From NCBI GenBank assembly GCA_028715965.1, contig JAQUQS010000001.1, positions 164,188-228,187 of the forward strand: DNA of 64,000 bases. The letters are read 5' to 3'. Shown here one piece after another: positions 28,923 to 37,126 of this stretch. The notes under the pieces are model-generated. The model worked only from the letters and a program-made list of their open reading frames with translations, had not been told where the DNA came from and ran no database searches. This stretch comes from Candidatus Omnitrophota bacterium. GTDB lineage: Bacteria > Omnitrophota > Gorgyraeia > Tantalellales > Tantalellaceae. The position numbers were made by a program, and so were the translations under genes. Position 1 is the stretch's first letter. Every line of letters starts with the position of its first letter.

Positions 28923-29936
28923 TCAATTGACGATGTTTTTTCTTCTGTCTCCCAGGAACACCTCTATCAAAAGCAGGAACCCGGCGATAAATAACGGCAG
29001 CTGGAACCTTTCATAATAGCGTTTTTCCATCCTACTCTTGAATTCCTCTTTTTCAAGCCCGGCAAGTTTTTTCTCGTATATAAGGTCCAGCCCGAACTCC
29101 GCCCCGGTAGCTCTTACATACATACCTCCCGTCTGAAGGGCTATTGACTGAAGCACGTCCTCCCTGAGACGGGTCTTGACCACATTACCTTCCATATCCT
29201 TAAGAAAAGATGTCTTGCCCGTACCCGCGTCCCGGACAGGAACAAGTTCCCCTTCTTCCGAGCCGATACCCACACAATATATGTTGATCCCGGCCACCTT
29301 GGCTTTTTGCACGGCTTTATCGACACCACCCTCAAGGTCCTCTCCGTCGGTTATGATTATCAGTATCTTATTCTCTTTTTTCTCCTTCTCATAACTTTCG
29401 ATGGCTTTATATATCGCCTCCGAGATGGATGTTCCCCCCATCGGTATCGTATCTACACTTATATCATCAAGCGCCAGCAGGAACCCGTCATAGTCAATGG
29501 TCAAAGGGCATTGAAGAAAAGCCGACCCTGAAAAAGCTATAAGCCCCAACCTGTCACCCTTGAGTTTCTTGACCATATCCTTGACAGCCAGTTTGGCACG
29601 CTCCAACCGGTTAGGCCTTACGTCTTCAGCGAGCATACTTTTCGAGGTATCCAGCGCTATTATTATATCTATGCCCTGTTTTTTCACTTCCTTCCATTCG
29701 AATCCCCATTGGGGACGCATAAGCGCCATCGCGATGAAAAATAACGCGGCAAGTTTTATGATATCCTTTCTTTTCCGGCGCGAATTGTCATATGAAGCGG
29801 CTATTTCAGCTAAAAGACCTTTTTCGGCGAAACGTTCCAGCGTGCTCTTCCTGCGGCCGGAAGAAAGAATAAAGAACACCGCTACCGCCGGTAACAGCCA
29901 TAAAAGAACACTCATTTGCGGCGCGCCGAACATCAT
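28923..29936 (-). CDS. batB: BatB-like von Willebrand factor A domain membrane protein.
   Basis: It has N-terminal TM helices and a VWA MIDAS motif (IIALDTSKSM ... ITDGED). Confidence 0.75.
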   Translation of the reverse strand: MMFGAPQMSVLLWLLPAVAVFFILSSGRRKSTLERFAEKGLLAEIAASYDNSRRKRKDIIKLAALFFIAMALMRPQWGFEWKEVKKQGIDIIIALDTSKSMLAEDVRPNRLERAKLAVKDMVKKLKGDRLGLIAFSGSAFLQCPLTIDYDGFLLALDDISVDTIPMGGTSISEAIYKAIESYEKEKKENKILIIITDGEDLEGGVDKAVQKAKVAGINIYCVGIGSEEGELVPVRDAGTGKTSFLKDMEGNVVKTRLREDVLQSIALQTGGMYVRATGAEFGLDLIYEKKLAGLEKEEFKSRMEKRYYERFQLPLFIAGFLLLIEVFLGDRRKNIVN

Positions 29937-29937
29937 G

Positions 29938-30942
29938 TTAAGGTAACCTCCTGAATAAAGTATCGGACAATATTATCTCCGCCAGGAAGAGCGCCAAAGC
30001 CGGGACCAGTAGATACGGGAACAACTCCTTGAAAATGTTGAACCCGGTCTCTTCTATCGGGGTCTTCTCCAGCTTATCTATCTCATCATATATGCGTTCC
30101 AGTGATTCCGTATCGGTCGCCCTGTAATATTTACCGCCGGTAACATCCGCTATTTCCCCGAGAAGCTCTTCATCTATCTCGACCTCCATAGGTCGTAAGA
30201 CCGTATTCCCGAACCTGTCTTCCACAGGATAGGGGGCCATCCCCCTGGTCCCGGCGCCTATCGTGTACACCCTGACACCTAATGCCTTGGCGGCTTCAGC
30301 GGCTACCATCGGGGATATTGTCCCGGCGTTGTTCCGTCCATCGGTAAGCAATATCACGATCTTCTGCTTTGTCTTGGTATCCTTCAACCGGTTAAGCGCG
30401 GCGCTTATAGCCGAACCTATCGCGGTACCGTCCTTCATCATGCCTATCTGTACCCTGTCCAGGTTCTCCTCAAGCCAATTATGGTCGAGTGTAAGAGGAC
30501 AGACCGTGTACGCCAGGCCCGCGAAAGCGACCAGGCCTATCCTGTCGTTCGGCCTTCTCTGCACAAAAGAATCAACTACCTTTTTGACCACTTCAAGCCG
30601 GTCAACCCGGCGCTTGTTGATCTCGAAATCCATAGCGCGCATACTCGTTGAGGTATCCACCGCCAGCACGATATCGATACCTTCCACGTATATATGTGTC
30701 TCTTCCAGTATGGTTTGGGGCCGGGAACCGGCGGCTAGCACAAGTATTATGGCCAGGAGTCTGAGATGCCGGACCTTAGCGCTTAATCTGCTCCTCAGCG
30801 TGGGCTTTATCCCGCCGATCACCGTGTTGTTGGAGAACCTGATAAAGCTCCTTTTCCCGGAACGCATATGGTCAAGCACCAGATACAGGGCTATGACCGG
30901 GGGTATGGATAAAAGGACAAGGGGAGAAGCCAGACGCATCAT
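29938..30942 (-). CDS. batA: BatA-like von Willebrand factor A domain membrane protein.
   Basis: It has N-terminal TM helices, the MIDAS motif VLAVDTSTSM ... LLTDGRNNAG, and a C-terminal TM segment. Confidence 0.75.
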   Translation of the reverse strand: MMRLASPLVLLSIPPVIALYLVLDHMRSGKRSFIRFSNNTVIGGIKPTLRSRLSAKVRHLRLLAIILVLAAGSRPQTILEETHIYVEGIDIVLAVDTSTSMRAMDFEINKRRVDRLEVVKKVVDSFVQRRPNDRIGLVAFAGLAYTVCPLTLDHNWLEENLDRVQIGMMKDGTAIGSAISAALNRLKDTKTKQKIVILLTDGRNNAGTISPMVAAEAAKALGVRVYTIGAGTRGMAPYPVEDRFGNTVLRPMEVEIDEELLGEIADVTGGKYYRATDTESLERIYDEIDKLEKTPIEETGFNIFKELFPYLLVPALALFLAEIILSDTLFRRLP

Positions 30943-31904
30943 GCCGTTCCCCTTTCTTCTTCCTCACCCTTTTTTGTCTGGTCCACAAGGTCCATGGCTG
31001 ACTTGAAACTGTCTATTATATCGATAGGCCTAGGGGCGAATTTCGCGAACTTTACCATATCACAATGCGAAAGGAACTCCTTTAGAAGACGCTTGTGTTC
31101 CGGGAACAGGTCATCCGTATTTTTCAAGAATGAAAGGAACTCTTCCGTTGTCATTTCAGGGGCCTTGTACGAGAAACGCGCCTCCAGGTACCGCCTTATT
31201 ATATCGGATAACTCGGTATAATATTCGTCCACGAATCCCTTCGATGGAAGCTCCTTTGCTTTCAGTTCCTCCAGCCTCTTATACGCTCTCTCATGCGGAG
31301 GCATGATATTGTCCAAACTGGCCTCACGCAATACGACCCGGAAGCGCCTTATTGCTGCGCGTAGCGCCAATGCCGCGAGTACTGATACAACGAGCAATAC
31401 CGATACAAGAAGAAAATAGTTCCTGAACACGATAAGTCCCTTGATATCCCGTATATCCTTGCTGTCCGGCAGTAGTGTGGTCTGGACATCAATATCCAGA
31501 CCGGCGGATGAGGTCTCATTCCACTTGTCAGCACCCTTTGCCCGGTATCTTACTTTTACGGAAGGGATATGGTACTTACCCGCGGCAAAGCTCCTGAGCA
31601 CATAAACATATCCGGGGACTTTGCCCCATAAAGGACCTTCTTTTTCCGGATATGCCCTTACGAGCTCCATACCTTCCGGCATACCAATCTTCTCGGGGAA
31701 TTCCACATCCATCTTTTTCCCTCCGGGAAAGAAGACCTCGAGCCTGACATCGTCCCCGATGAATATATCCTCTTTCGAGAGCCTGACATCAAGATCCGTA
31801 CCGGTCTTCCCCTGGCAAAAAGATATCCCGCAGCATAAAACGACCAACAGGCTCATGACCCCGCGTATAATGGCTTTACTACTCAGGCTTCCTATTTTTA
31901 TCAC
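30939..31904 (-). CDS. Membrane protein of the MoxR/Bat operon (DUF4381-like position between the DUF58 gene and batA).
   Basis: It has a signal peptide, a central TM segment (LLVSVLLVVSVLAALALRA), a conserved operon position, and a 4-nt overlap with batA. Confidence 0.55.
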   Translation of the reverse strand: MIKIGSLSSKAIIRGVMSLLVVLCCGISFCQGKTGTDLDVRLSKEDIFIGDDVRLEVFFPGGKKMDVEFPEKIGMPEGMELVRAYPEKEGPLWGKVPGYVYVLRSFAAGKYHIPSVKVRYRAKGADKWNETSSAGLDIDVQTTLLPDSKDIRDIKGLIVFRNYFLLVSVLLVVSVLAALALRAAIRRFRVVLREASLDNIMPPHERAYKRLEELKAKELPSKGFVDEYYTELSDIIRRYLEARFSYKAPEMTTEEFLSFLKNTDDLFPEHKRLLKEFLSHCDMVKFAKFAPRPIDIIDSFKSAMDLVDQTKKGEEEERGTA

Positions 31905-31919
31905 GCTTACATACCTCTT

Positions 31920-32822
31920 TTATCGTCTGATAAACCGTTTTTCACGTGTCCTGAAAAACCTTATCAAAGGCTCAACATACGACCTGTCCGTGGACAACTC
32001 TATGTGGTCCACGTTCACCGACCTGAAAAGCCGGCGCGCGCGCTCCCTTATCTCACGGTTCTCCCTGCGGAACATATCCCTGACAGCGGGCGAAGACGTG
32101 TCTACGACCGCCCTTAGTCCGGTTTCGGCGTCCCGGAGCTCCAACAAGCCCGCGTTCGTAAGCTCGGCTTCCGACGGGTCTTCTACCGTAACGGCTATTA
32201 CATCATGTTTTTTATTGGTTATCGAAAGTGTTTTCCGGAAATCATCTGAGTAGAAATCAGACACAAGAAAGACTATCGCCCGCCGGTGAGCCACTTTATT
32301 AAGATGGTTCAGGACCTTGTTTATATCGGTATGGGTCCCTGCTGGTCTATTATGCAATGCCTCCCTTATCACACGAAGCACGTGTTTCATTCCCTTACGG
32401 GGCGGCACGAACTTTTCGACCCTGTCCGTGAACGTGAGCATACCTACCTTGTCGTTGTTCTTTATGGCGGAGAATGCTATGACCGAACAAAGTTCCGCGG
32501 CAAGCTCACTTTTCATGCGTCCCCTTGTCCCGAACCGGCAGGACATGGACACATCAAGAAGGATCATTATGGTAAGTTCCCTCTCCTCCACGAATTTCTT
32601 GATATAAGGATGCCCCATGCGCGCCGTGACGTTCCAGTCTATTGAACGTATCTCGTCTCCCGGAGTGTATTCCCTGACCTCGTCGAACTCCATCCCCACG
32701 CCCTTGAACACACTCTGGTACTGACCAGCGAACACATCCGTTACTTTTCTCGAGGTAGTTATCTGTATCCGTCTTATCTTGCGTATGGTCTCTTTAGGTA
32801 TCATAATGAGCTCCCCGCGCAA
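31920..32822 (-). CDS. DUF58-family protein (MoxR-associated, VWA-like fold).
   Basis: The characteristic DUF58 motifs are ...QYQSVFKGVGMEFDEVREYTPGDEIRSIDWNVTAR... and ILLDVSMSCRFGT. The alternative start M7 is at 32804. Confidence 0.8.
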   Translation of the reverse strand: MRGELIMIPKETIRKIRRIQITTSRKVTDVFAGQYQSVFKGVGMEFDEVREYTPGDEIRSIDWNVTARMGHPYIKKFVEERELTIMILLDVSMSCRFGTRGRMKSELAAELCSVIAFSAIKNNDKVGMLTFTDRVEKFVPPRKGMKHVLRVIREALHNRPAGTHTDINKVLNHLNKVAHRRAIVFLVSDFYSDDFRKTLSITNKKHDVIAVTVEDPSEAELTNAGLLELRDAETGLRAVVDTSSPAVRDMFRRENREIRERARRLFRSVNVDHIELSTDRSYVEPLIRFFRTREKRFIRR

Positions 32823-32855
32823 AAATGATCACTTTATGGTCCGATACGCGGACCG

Positions 32856-33848
32856 TTATGGTACTTCTATCTCGTCGAATATCTTTTTTACTATGTCTTC
32901 CGCGGTCTTGTCTTCCGCTTCGGCCTCATAACTCGGTATGACCCTGTGGCGCAGGACATCCGGCCCTATCGACTTAACATCCTGTGGGGTCACATATCCC
33001 CTGCGCTGCACGAAAGCGTAAGCTTTTGCCGCTATAGCCAGGTTTATACTGGCTCTCGGCGAAGCACCGTAATCGATCAGTCCCTCAAGGTCCTTGATCC
33101 CGTATTCGCCCGGGGTACGGGTAGCGAAGACTATATCAACGATGTATCTTTCTATTTTTTCGTCCATATATATCTCATTCACTACCTTTCTGGCCTCAAG
33201 TATCCTTTCCGGCGATACTACGGGCTTTACGTCTATATGCCTGTCCGTGTTGGCCATCCGTTTGAGTATCTTATGCTCCTCCTCTTTGGAGGGGTAGCCG
33301 ATATTTATCTTCAGCATGAACCTGTCTACCTGGGCCTCGGGCAAGGGATATGTACCCTCCTGCTCTATCGGGTTCTGTGTGGCCAGCACCAGGAAAGGTT
33401 CTTCAAGTTTGTACGTGTTCTCACCTATGGTCACCTGCTTTTCCTGCATAGCTTCCAGAAGTGCGCTTTGGACTTTCGCGGGCGCCCTGTTTATCTCATC
33501 GGCAAGTATTATGTTAGAGAATATAGGGCCTTTTTTAGTGGTGAAAGTACCGTCCTTGGGACTATAGACCAATGTACCGATAAGGTCCGCGGGCAAAAGG
33601 TCCGGCGTGAATTGGAGTCTCTGGAACTTTGTGCTTATGGCGGAGGACAGCACCCTCACCGAGAGGGTCTTGGCCAGTCCAGGGACCCCTTCTATCAATA
33701 CATGGCCGTTGGCGAGAAGCCCGACCATTAACCTCTGTATGAGGTAATCCTGTCCGACTATCACTTTACGTATCTCGGCAAGTAGTTCATCAACAAAAAG
33801 ACTTTCATTCTGTACTTTTTCGTTTATTGCTGTTATGCCCTGGGACAT
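32856..33848 (-). CDS. moxR: MoxR-family AAA+ ATPase (first gene of the aerotolerance-type operon).
   Basis: Walker A is HVLIEGVPGLAKT and Walker B is LADEINRAPAKVQSALLEAM, as in MoxR. A strong SD (AAGGAGGT-5 nt-ATG) supports the start at 33848 (MSQGITAI); the ORF track's longer N-terminus runs into AT-rich promoter DNA. Confidence 0.85.
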   Translation of the reverse strand: MSQGITAINEKVQNESLFVDELLAEIRKVIVGQDYLIQRLMVGLLANGHVLIEGVPGLAKTLSVRVLSSAISTKFQRLQFTPDLLPADLIGTLVYSPKDGTFTTKKGPIFSNIILADEINRAPAKVQSALLEAMQEKQVTIGENTYKLEEPFLVLATQNPIEQEGTYPLPEAQVDRFMLKINIGYPSKEEEHKILKRMANTDRHIDVKPVVSPERILEARKVVNEIYMDEKIERYIVDIVFATRTPGEYGIKDLEGLIDYGASPRASINLAIAAKAYAFVQRRGYVTPQDVKSIGPDVLRHRVIPSYEAEAEDKTAEDIVKKIFDEIEVP

Positions 33849-33870
33849 CTCAACCTCCTTGCTTATATTT

Positions 33871-33905
33871 TTACAGTATAATATTGATACTATACAACAA
33901 ATAAA
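33871..33905 (-). promoter_or_regulatory. Putative promoter of the moxR-bat operon (TATACT/TATTAT -10 region with an upstream TTGTTG/TTGTAT -35 candidate).
   Basis: AT-rich sequence ttgttgtatagtatcaatattatactgtaa (minus strand) lies immediately upstream of the moxR SD. The exact boxes are ambiguous. Confidence 0.35.
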
Positions 33906-33954
33906 AACCTTTTTCAAGAAGACGTGTTAACGACTATTTTTATTTACGTTAATA

Positions 33955-35961
33955 TTATTGAGAGAAGAAGTTACGGACTTCAGAGGCATCCCGTACCAGC
34001 CGGCAACCGGGTATGCCGTTAAGGAACCTCGACCCATAAGGCCGGGTAAGTATCCTCGGATCCAACACGACCACTACACCACGATCACTCTCCGACCTTA
34101 TCAACCGTCCAAAGCCTTGCTTGAACATCATTACAGCCCTGGGGACCTGATAAGCGTAAAAAGGGTCCTGCCCTTCCTGCCTGATACGATCCATCCGGGC
34201 AAGAGCGACAGGCTCATTAGGAACGGGGAACGGCAAACGGGTCAGGACGACACATTCCAACGCTCTTCCGGGGACATCCACCCCTTGCCAGAAAGTCGAA
34301 GTTCCCATCAAGATCGAGTCCCTTACCTGCTTGAACACGTCGAGCAATACATATCGCGGCAGTTCGCCTTGTTTAAGTATCTTTACGTCCTCCCTCTCCT
34401 CCCTTATGGCGCCTGAAATCTGGTTCAGCATTTCATAACTCGTAAAGAGTACGAACATCCTCCCCTTCAATATGTCATAGATCTCCAGGACATGGTCCTT
34501 GACCTGTTCCCGAAATTTTCCGGCGGCGTCATTCGGGTCACTGATATTCCGCGGAACATATAAAAGCACCTGGTTCTCGTGGTCGAACGGGGAGTTCAAT
34601 ACAAGTTCCGCCGCGTCGCTTATCCCCAATCTTGAGCGGATAAACCCGAAATCGGCCTTTCCGTGACCATCCGGGCTCGTAAGTGTTGCTGATGTAAGGA
34701 CCACGGGCGCTACCCTGCTAAAAAAAGCCCTTTCCATCTCTTCGCCCACATCGATCGGAGCACTTCTGAAAAAAACCTCTATAACGCCTTTTTTTTCGCG
34801 TGTTTCGGCCCAATACACATGTCTTATGTCCTCCTGGCCCGTTATGAACACCATATCCGTGGCCAGTCCGGCGCACTCCGCGCTGAGCGCGCTCGCCCTT
34901 TCAGGCATTTCTTCCAGAAAAGATATCCTGGCGCTATCCCTCCCATAAAATATCATGTCACAGGCCCGCCTTAATCCGTCGGCAAGGTCGACAAGACCGT
35001 CACGTAACTCACTAACGCTGAACATCTCAGGAGAGAACGAATATGGCCCGCTTCCCCTGCCGGTGAACATGCCGGCCGCGTGCGCGAAGAAACGTTCCGC
35101 GTATTTTTCCGTCATGGCCAGGCCCTCTTCAAGCTCCGTCACGTTCTCGAAAGAGTCTTTTAATATCCCCTTGCCTTCCTTGATGAAGTTCTTTATCTCC
35201 TTGAATAACCGTTCTGCGGTAACGCTTCCGGTACTGTGTGAAAAATGTGATGTGGCTACATCTTCCAGCATATGGGCCTCATCAAAGACCAGGGCATCAT
35301 ATTCGGGAAGTATCCTGCCGGACGCGGCATCATCGGAAAAGACCAGGGCGTGATTAGCCACCAGTATATGGGAATTCTCCTGCTCTATCCTGGCTTTTCG
35401 ATAAGAACAGGAATCAGCGAACTGGCAGGCCCTCTGATGGCAGAGGCCGGACACCCGGCAAAATTCCGCCCAGACAGATGTGGTCGGCTGAAAGTCCAGG
35501 TCAGTTACCAGGCCGGAACGGGTATGTCTGGCCCACTCGATTATTCTTTCGGCTTCCTCCCTCTTTTTTCTGGACCTTGAGAACCTTGAACCGTCATATC
35601 CCTGGACTCTTCTGGCGCAGACATAGTTCTCTGATCCCATACATAAAGCGTACCGCAGGCGATCATTTATCGTATCCCTGAGAAAAGGCAGGTCTTTGAC
35701 ATATAACTGTGCCTGCAAGGCCTTCGTATATGTAGACACCACTACTTTTTTATTCTCACGTACGGCCCACTCCGTAAAAGGCACAAGATATGCCAGGCTC
35801 TTCCCGACCCCGGTACCAGCTTCCACTATCAGGTTATTCCCGAGCGATATCGCCTCTTCTATGGCGGACGCCATTTCCAGCTGTTGAGGCCTTAACTGGT
35901 AATTCTTCAAGGATCCGGACAGGGACCCTTTTTCGGAAAATACGGATTCACTATAATTCAT
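33955..35961 (-). CDS. dinG: DinG/Rad3-family ATP-dependent DNA helicase (DEAD_2 plus Helicase_C_2).
   Basis: Walker A is EAGTGVGKSLAYLVP, the DEAH box is VFDEAHMLED, an Fe-S-like Cys cluster is CMGSENYVCARR...C...C, and C-terminal helicase motifs are present (LMGTSTFWQGVD...). Confidence 0.8.
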   Translation of the reverse strand: MNYSESVFSEKGSLSGSLKNYQLRPQQLEMASAIEEAISLGNNLIVEAGTGVGKSLAYLVPFTEWAVRENKKVVVSTYTKALQAQLYVKDLPFLRDTINDRLRYALCMGSENYVCARRVQGYDGSRFSRSRKKREEAERIIEWARHTRSGLVTDLDFQPTTSVWAEFCRVSGLCHQRACQFADSCSYRKARIEQENSHILVANHALVFSDDAASGRILPEYDALVFDEAHMLEDVATSHFSHSTGSVTAERLFKEIKNFIKEGKGILKDSFENVTELEEGLAMTEKYAERFFAHAAGMFTGRGSGPYSFSPEMFSVSELRDGLVDLADGLRRACDMIFYGRDSARISFLEEMPERASALSAECAGLATDMVFITGQEDIRHVYWAETREKKGVIEVFFRSAPIDVGEEMERAFFSRVAPVVLTSATLTSPDGHGKADFGFIRSRLGISDAAELVLNSPFDHENQVLLYVPRNISDPNDAAGKFREQVKDHVLEIYDILKGRMFVLFTSYEMLNQISGAIREEREDVKILKQGELPRYVLLDVFKQVRDSILMGTSTFWQGVDVPGRALECVVLTRLPFPVPNEPVALARMDRIRQEGQDPFYAYQVPRAVMMFKQGFGRLIRSESDRGVVVVLDPRILTRPYGSRFLNGIPGCRLVRDASEVRNFFSQ

Positions 35962-36056
35962 TGGTTTCTTTCAGCAAGACATACGGAACATGTTCCAAAA
36001 TATTAATGGGCCGATGATAACACTTTCCGGGATACGGTTCAGGGGCGTTTGACGGC

Positions 36057-36545
36057 TCAATATACGATCGTCCCCGGGGTGTTCTTCCATTCCACCAGTA
36101 TAGCCATGCATTCTTCCCGCATGAAACCCGGTTCGATACGGACGGGTGAAAGACCTTTTTCCTTCATGTGCATCGACGATATACACAATTCATTGAAACC
36201 CAGCTTCTTCACGTCCTCTATGTCTGTCCCATAAACAAGGCGTTCTATCCTGGCCCAGTGTATGGCCGCGAAACACATTGGACATGGTTCGGTCGTGGAA
36301 TATATGACACATCCGGACAGGTCGTGGCTACCTATTTCCCCGGCGGCCAGGGATATCGCGTTGATCTCGGCGTGCCGTGTAGGGTCTTTTTGCTCAAGTA
36401 CGGAGTTATGCGCGGAAGCTATGATCTTCCCGTCCTTTACCAGTACCGCGCCGAAAGGCCCGCCACTGCCACCTCTTATCCCATTAAGCGCTTCCTGTAT
36501 CGCCACATTCATGGCTTTGTGGTCATCCACTTCGTTCCTTCTCAT
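36057..36545 (-). CDS. CMP/dCMP-type zinc deaminase, guanine deaminase (GuaD)-like.
   Basis: The HAEINAI...TTEPCPMCFAAIHWARIERLVYG zinc-binding H(A)E...PCxxC motifs are present, with an overall close resemblance to Bacillus GuaD (about 160 aa). Confidence 0.7.
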   Translation of the reverse strand: MRRNEVDDHKAMNVAIQEALNGIRGGSGGPFGAVLVKDGKIIASAHNSVLEQKDPTRHAEINAISLAAGEIGSHDLSGCVIYSTTEPCPMCFAAIHWARIERLVYGTDIEDVKKLGFNELCISSMHMKEKGLSPVRIEPGFMREECMAILVEWKNTPGTIVY

Positions 36546-36919
36546 TTCTCCAGTTTGCTCCTTATATCCTTAAGCACTTTATCTATCCTGTCTATTCTCC
36601 ACTCAAGGGACGACAATATCCAGAACTGGAAATGGTTGAGCCTCATATAAGATTCCAGGAAGTATACGAGCTTTAGCGACAAGAGCAATATGCCAAGCTC
36701 TATCATGAAAAAACGTATCTTGCCGCCGTACAATATCGATAGGGCGAATATCACGAGTACAAGGGTTATGAATATTACGTTTATCAGGCGGGCCCGGTCC
36801 GAAGGAACGCCCCCGATCTTTCCTATTATCTTCCTTACGTTCTCTTTCTCCTGCTCAAAACTGCGTATAGCGTCTTCCAGCTCCGTTTCCTGGTCCGTCT
36901 TGCTGTAATGTTCTTTCAT
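36542..36919 (-). CDS. Small two-TM membrane protein of unknown function (last gene of the exbBD-TPR-VWA module).
   Basis: The sequence is MKEHYSKTDQETELEDAIRSFEQEKENV... with two hydrophobic helices. An SD (GGAAGGA) precedes the ATG at 36919; the ORF track's longer start (36997) lacks one. Confidence 0.5.
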   Translation of the reverse strand: MKEHYSKTDQETELEDAIRSFEQEKENVRKIIGKIGGVPSDRARLINVIFITLVLVIFALSILYGGKIRFFMIELGILLLSLKLVYFLESYMRLNHFQFWILSSLEWRIDRIDKVLKDIRSKLEK

Positions 36920-36945
36920 GATGTCCTTCCATTCCTTATTTTGTT

Positions 36946-37115
36946 TTTTTCTCGGTCGTGGACACGTCGTGTTTCTTATCGTTCTCGGTGGCCACAAGGA
37001 CAGTGGCCGCGGCCCCCGCCCCGGCCAGGAACCAGAGCGGAGCGCATCCCGCGCTTGTCATGACATATGAAATAAGGACCAAACCTCCCACGAATATCCT
37101 TGCTCTCGTCACCAT
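36946..37115 (-). CDS. Possible unannotated small hydrophobic or lipoprotein-like ORF (56 aa), below the ORF-track length cutoff.
   Basis: My reading of the minus strand gives MVTRARIFVGGLVLISYVMTSAGCAPLWFLAGAGAAATVLVATENDKKHDVSTTEKKTK*. It starts 11 nt after the VWA-gene stop, preceded by AAAGGGGA. A lipobox-like SAGC is present. Confidence 0.3.
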
Positions 37116-37126
37116 TATCCCCTTTC

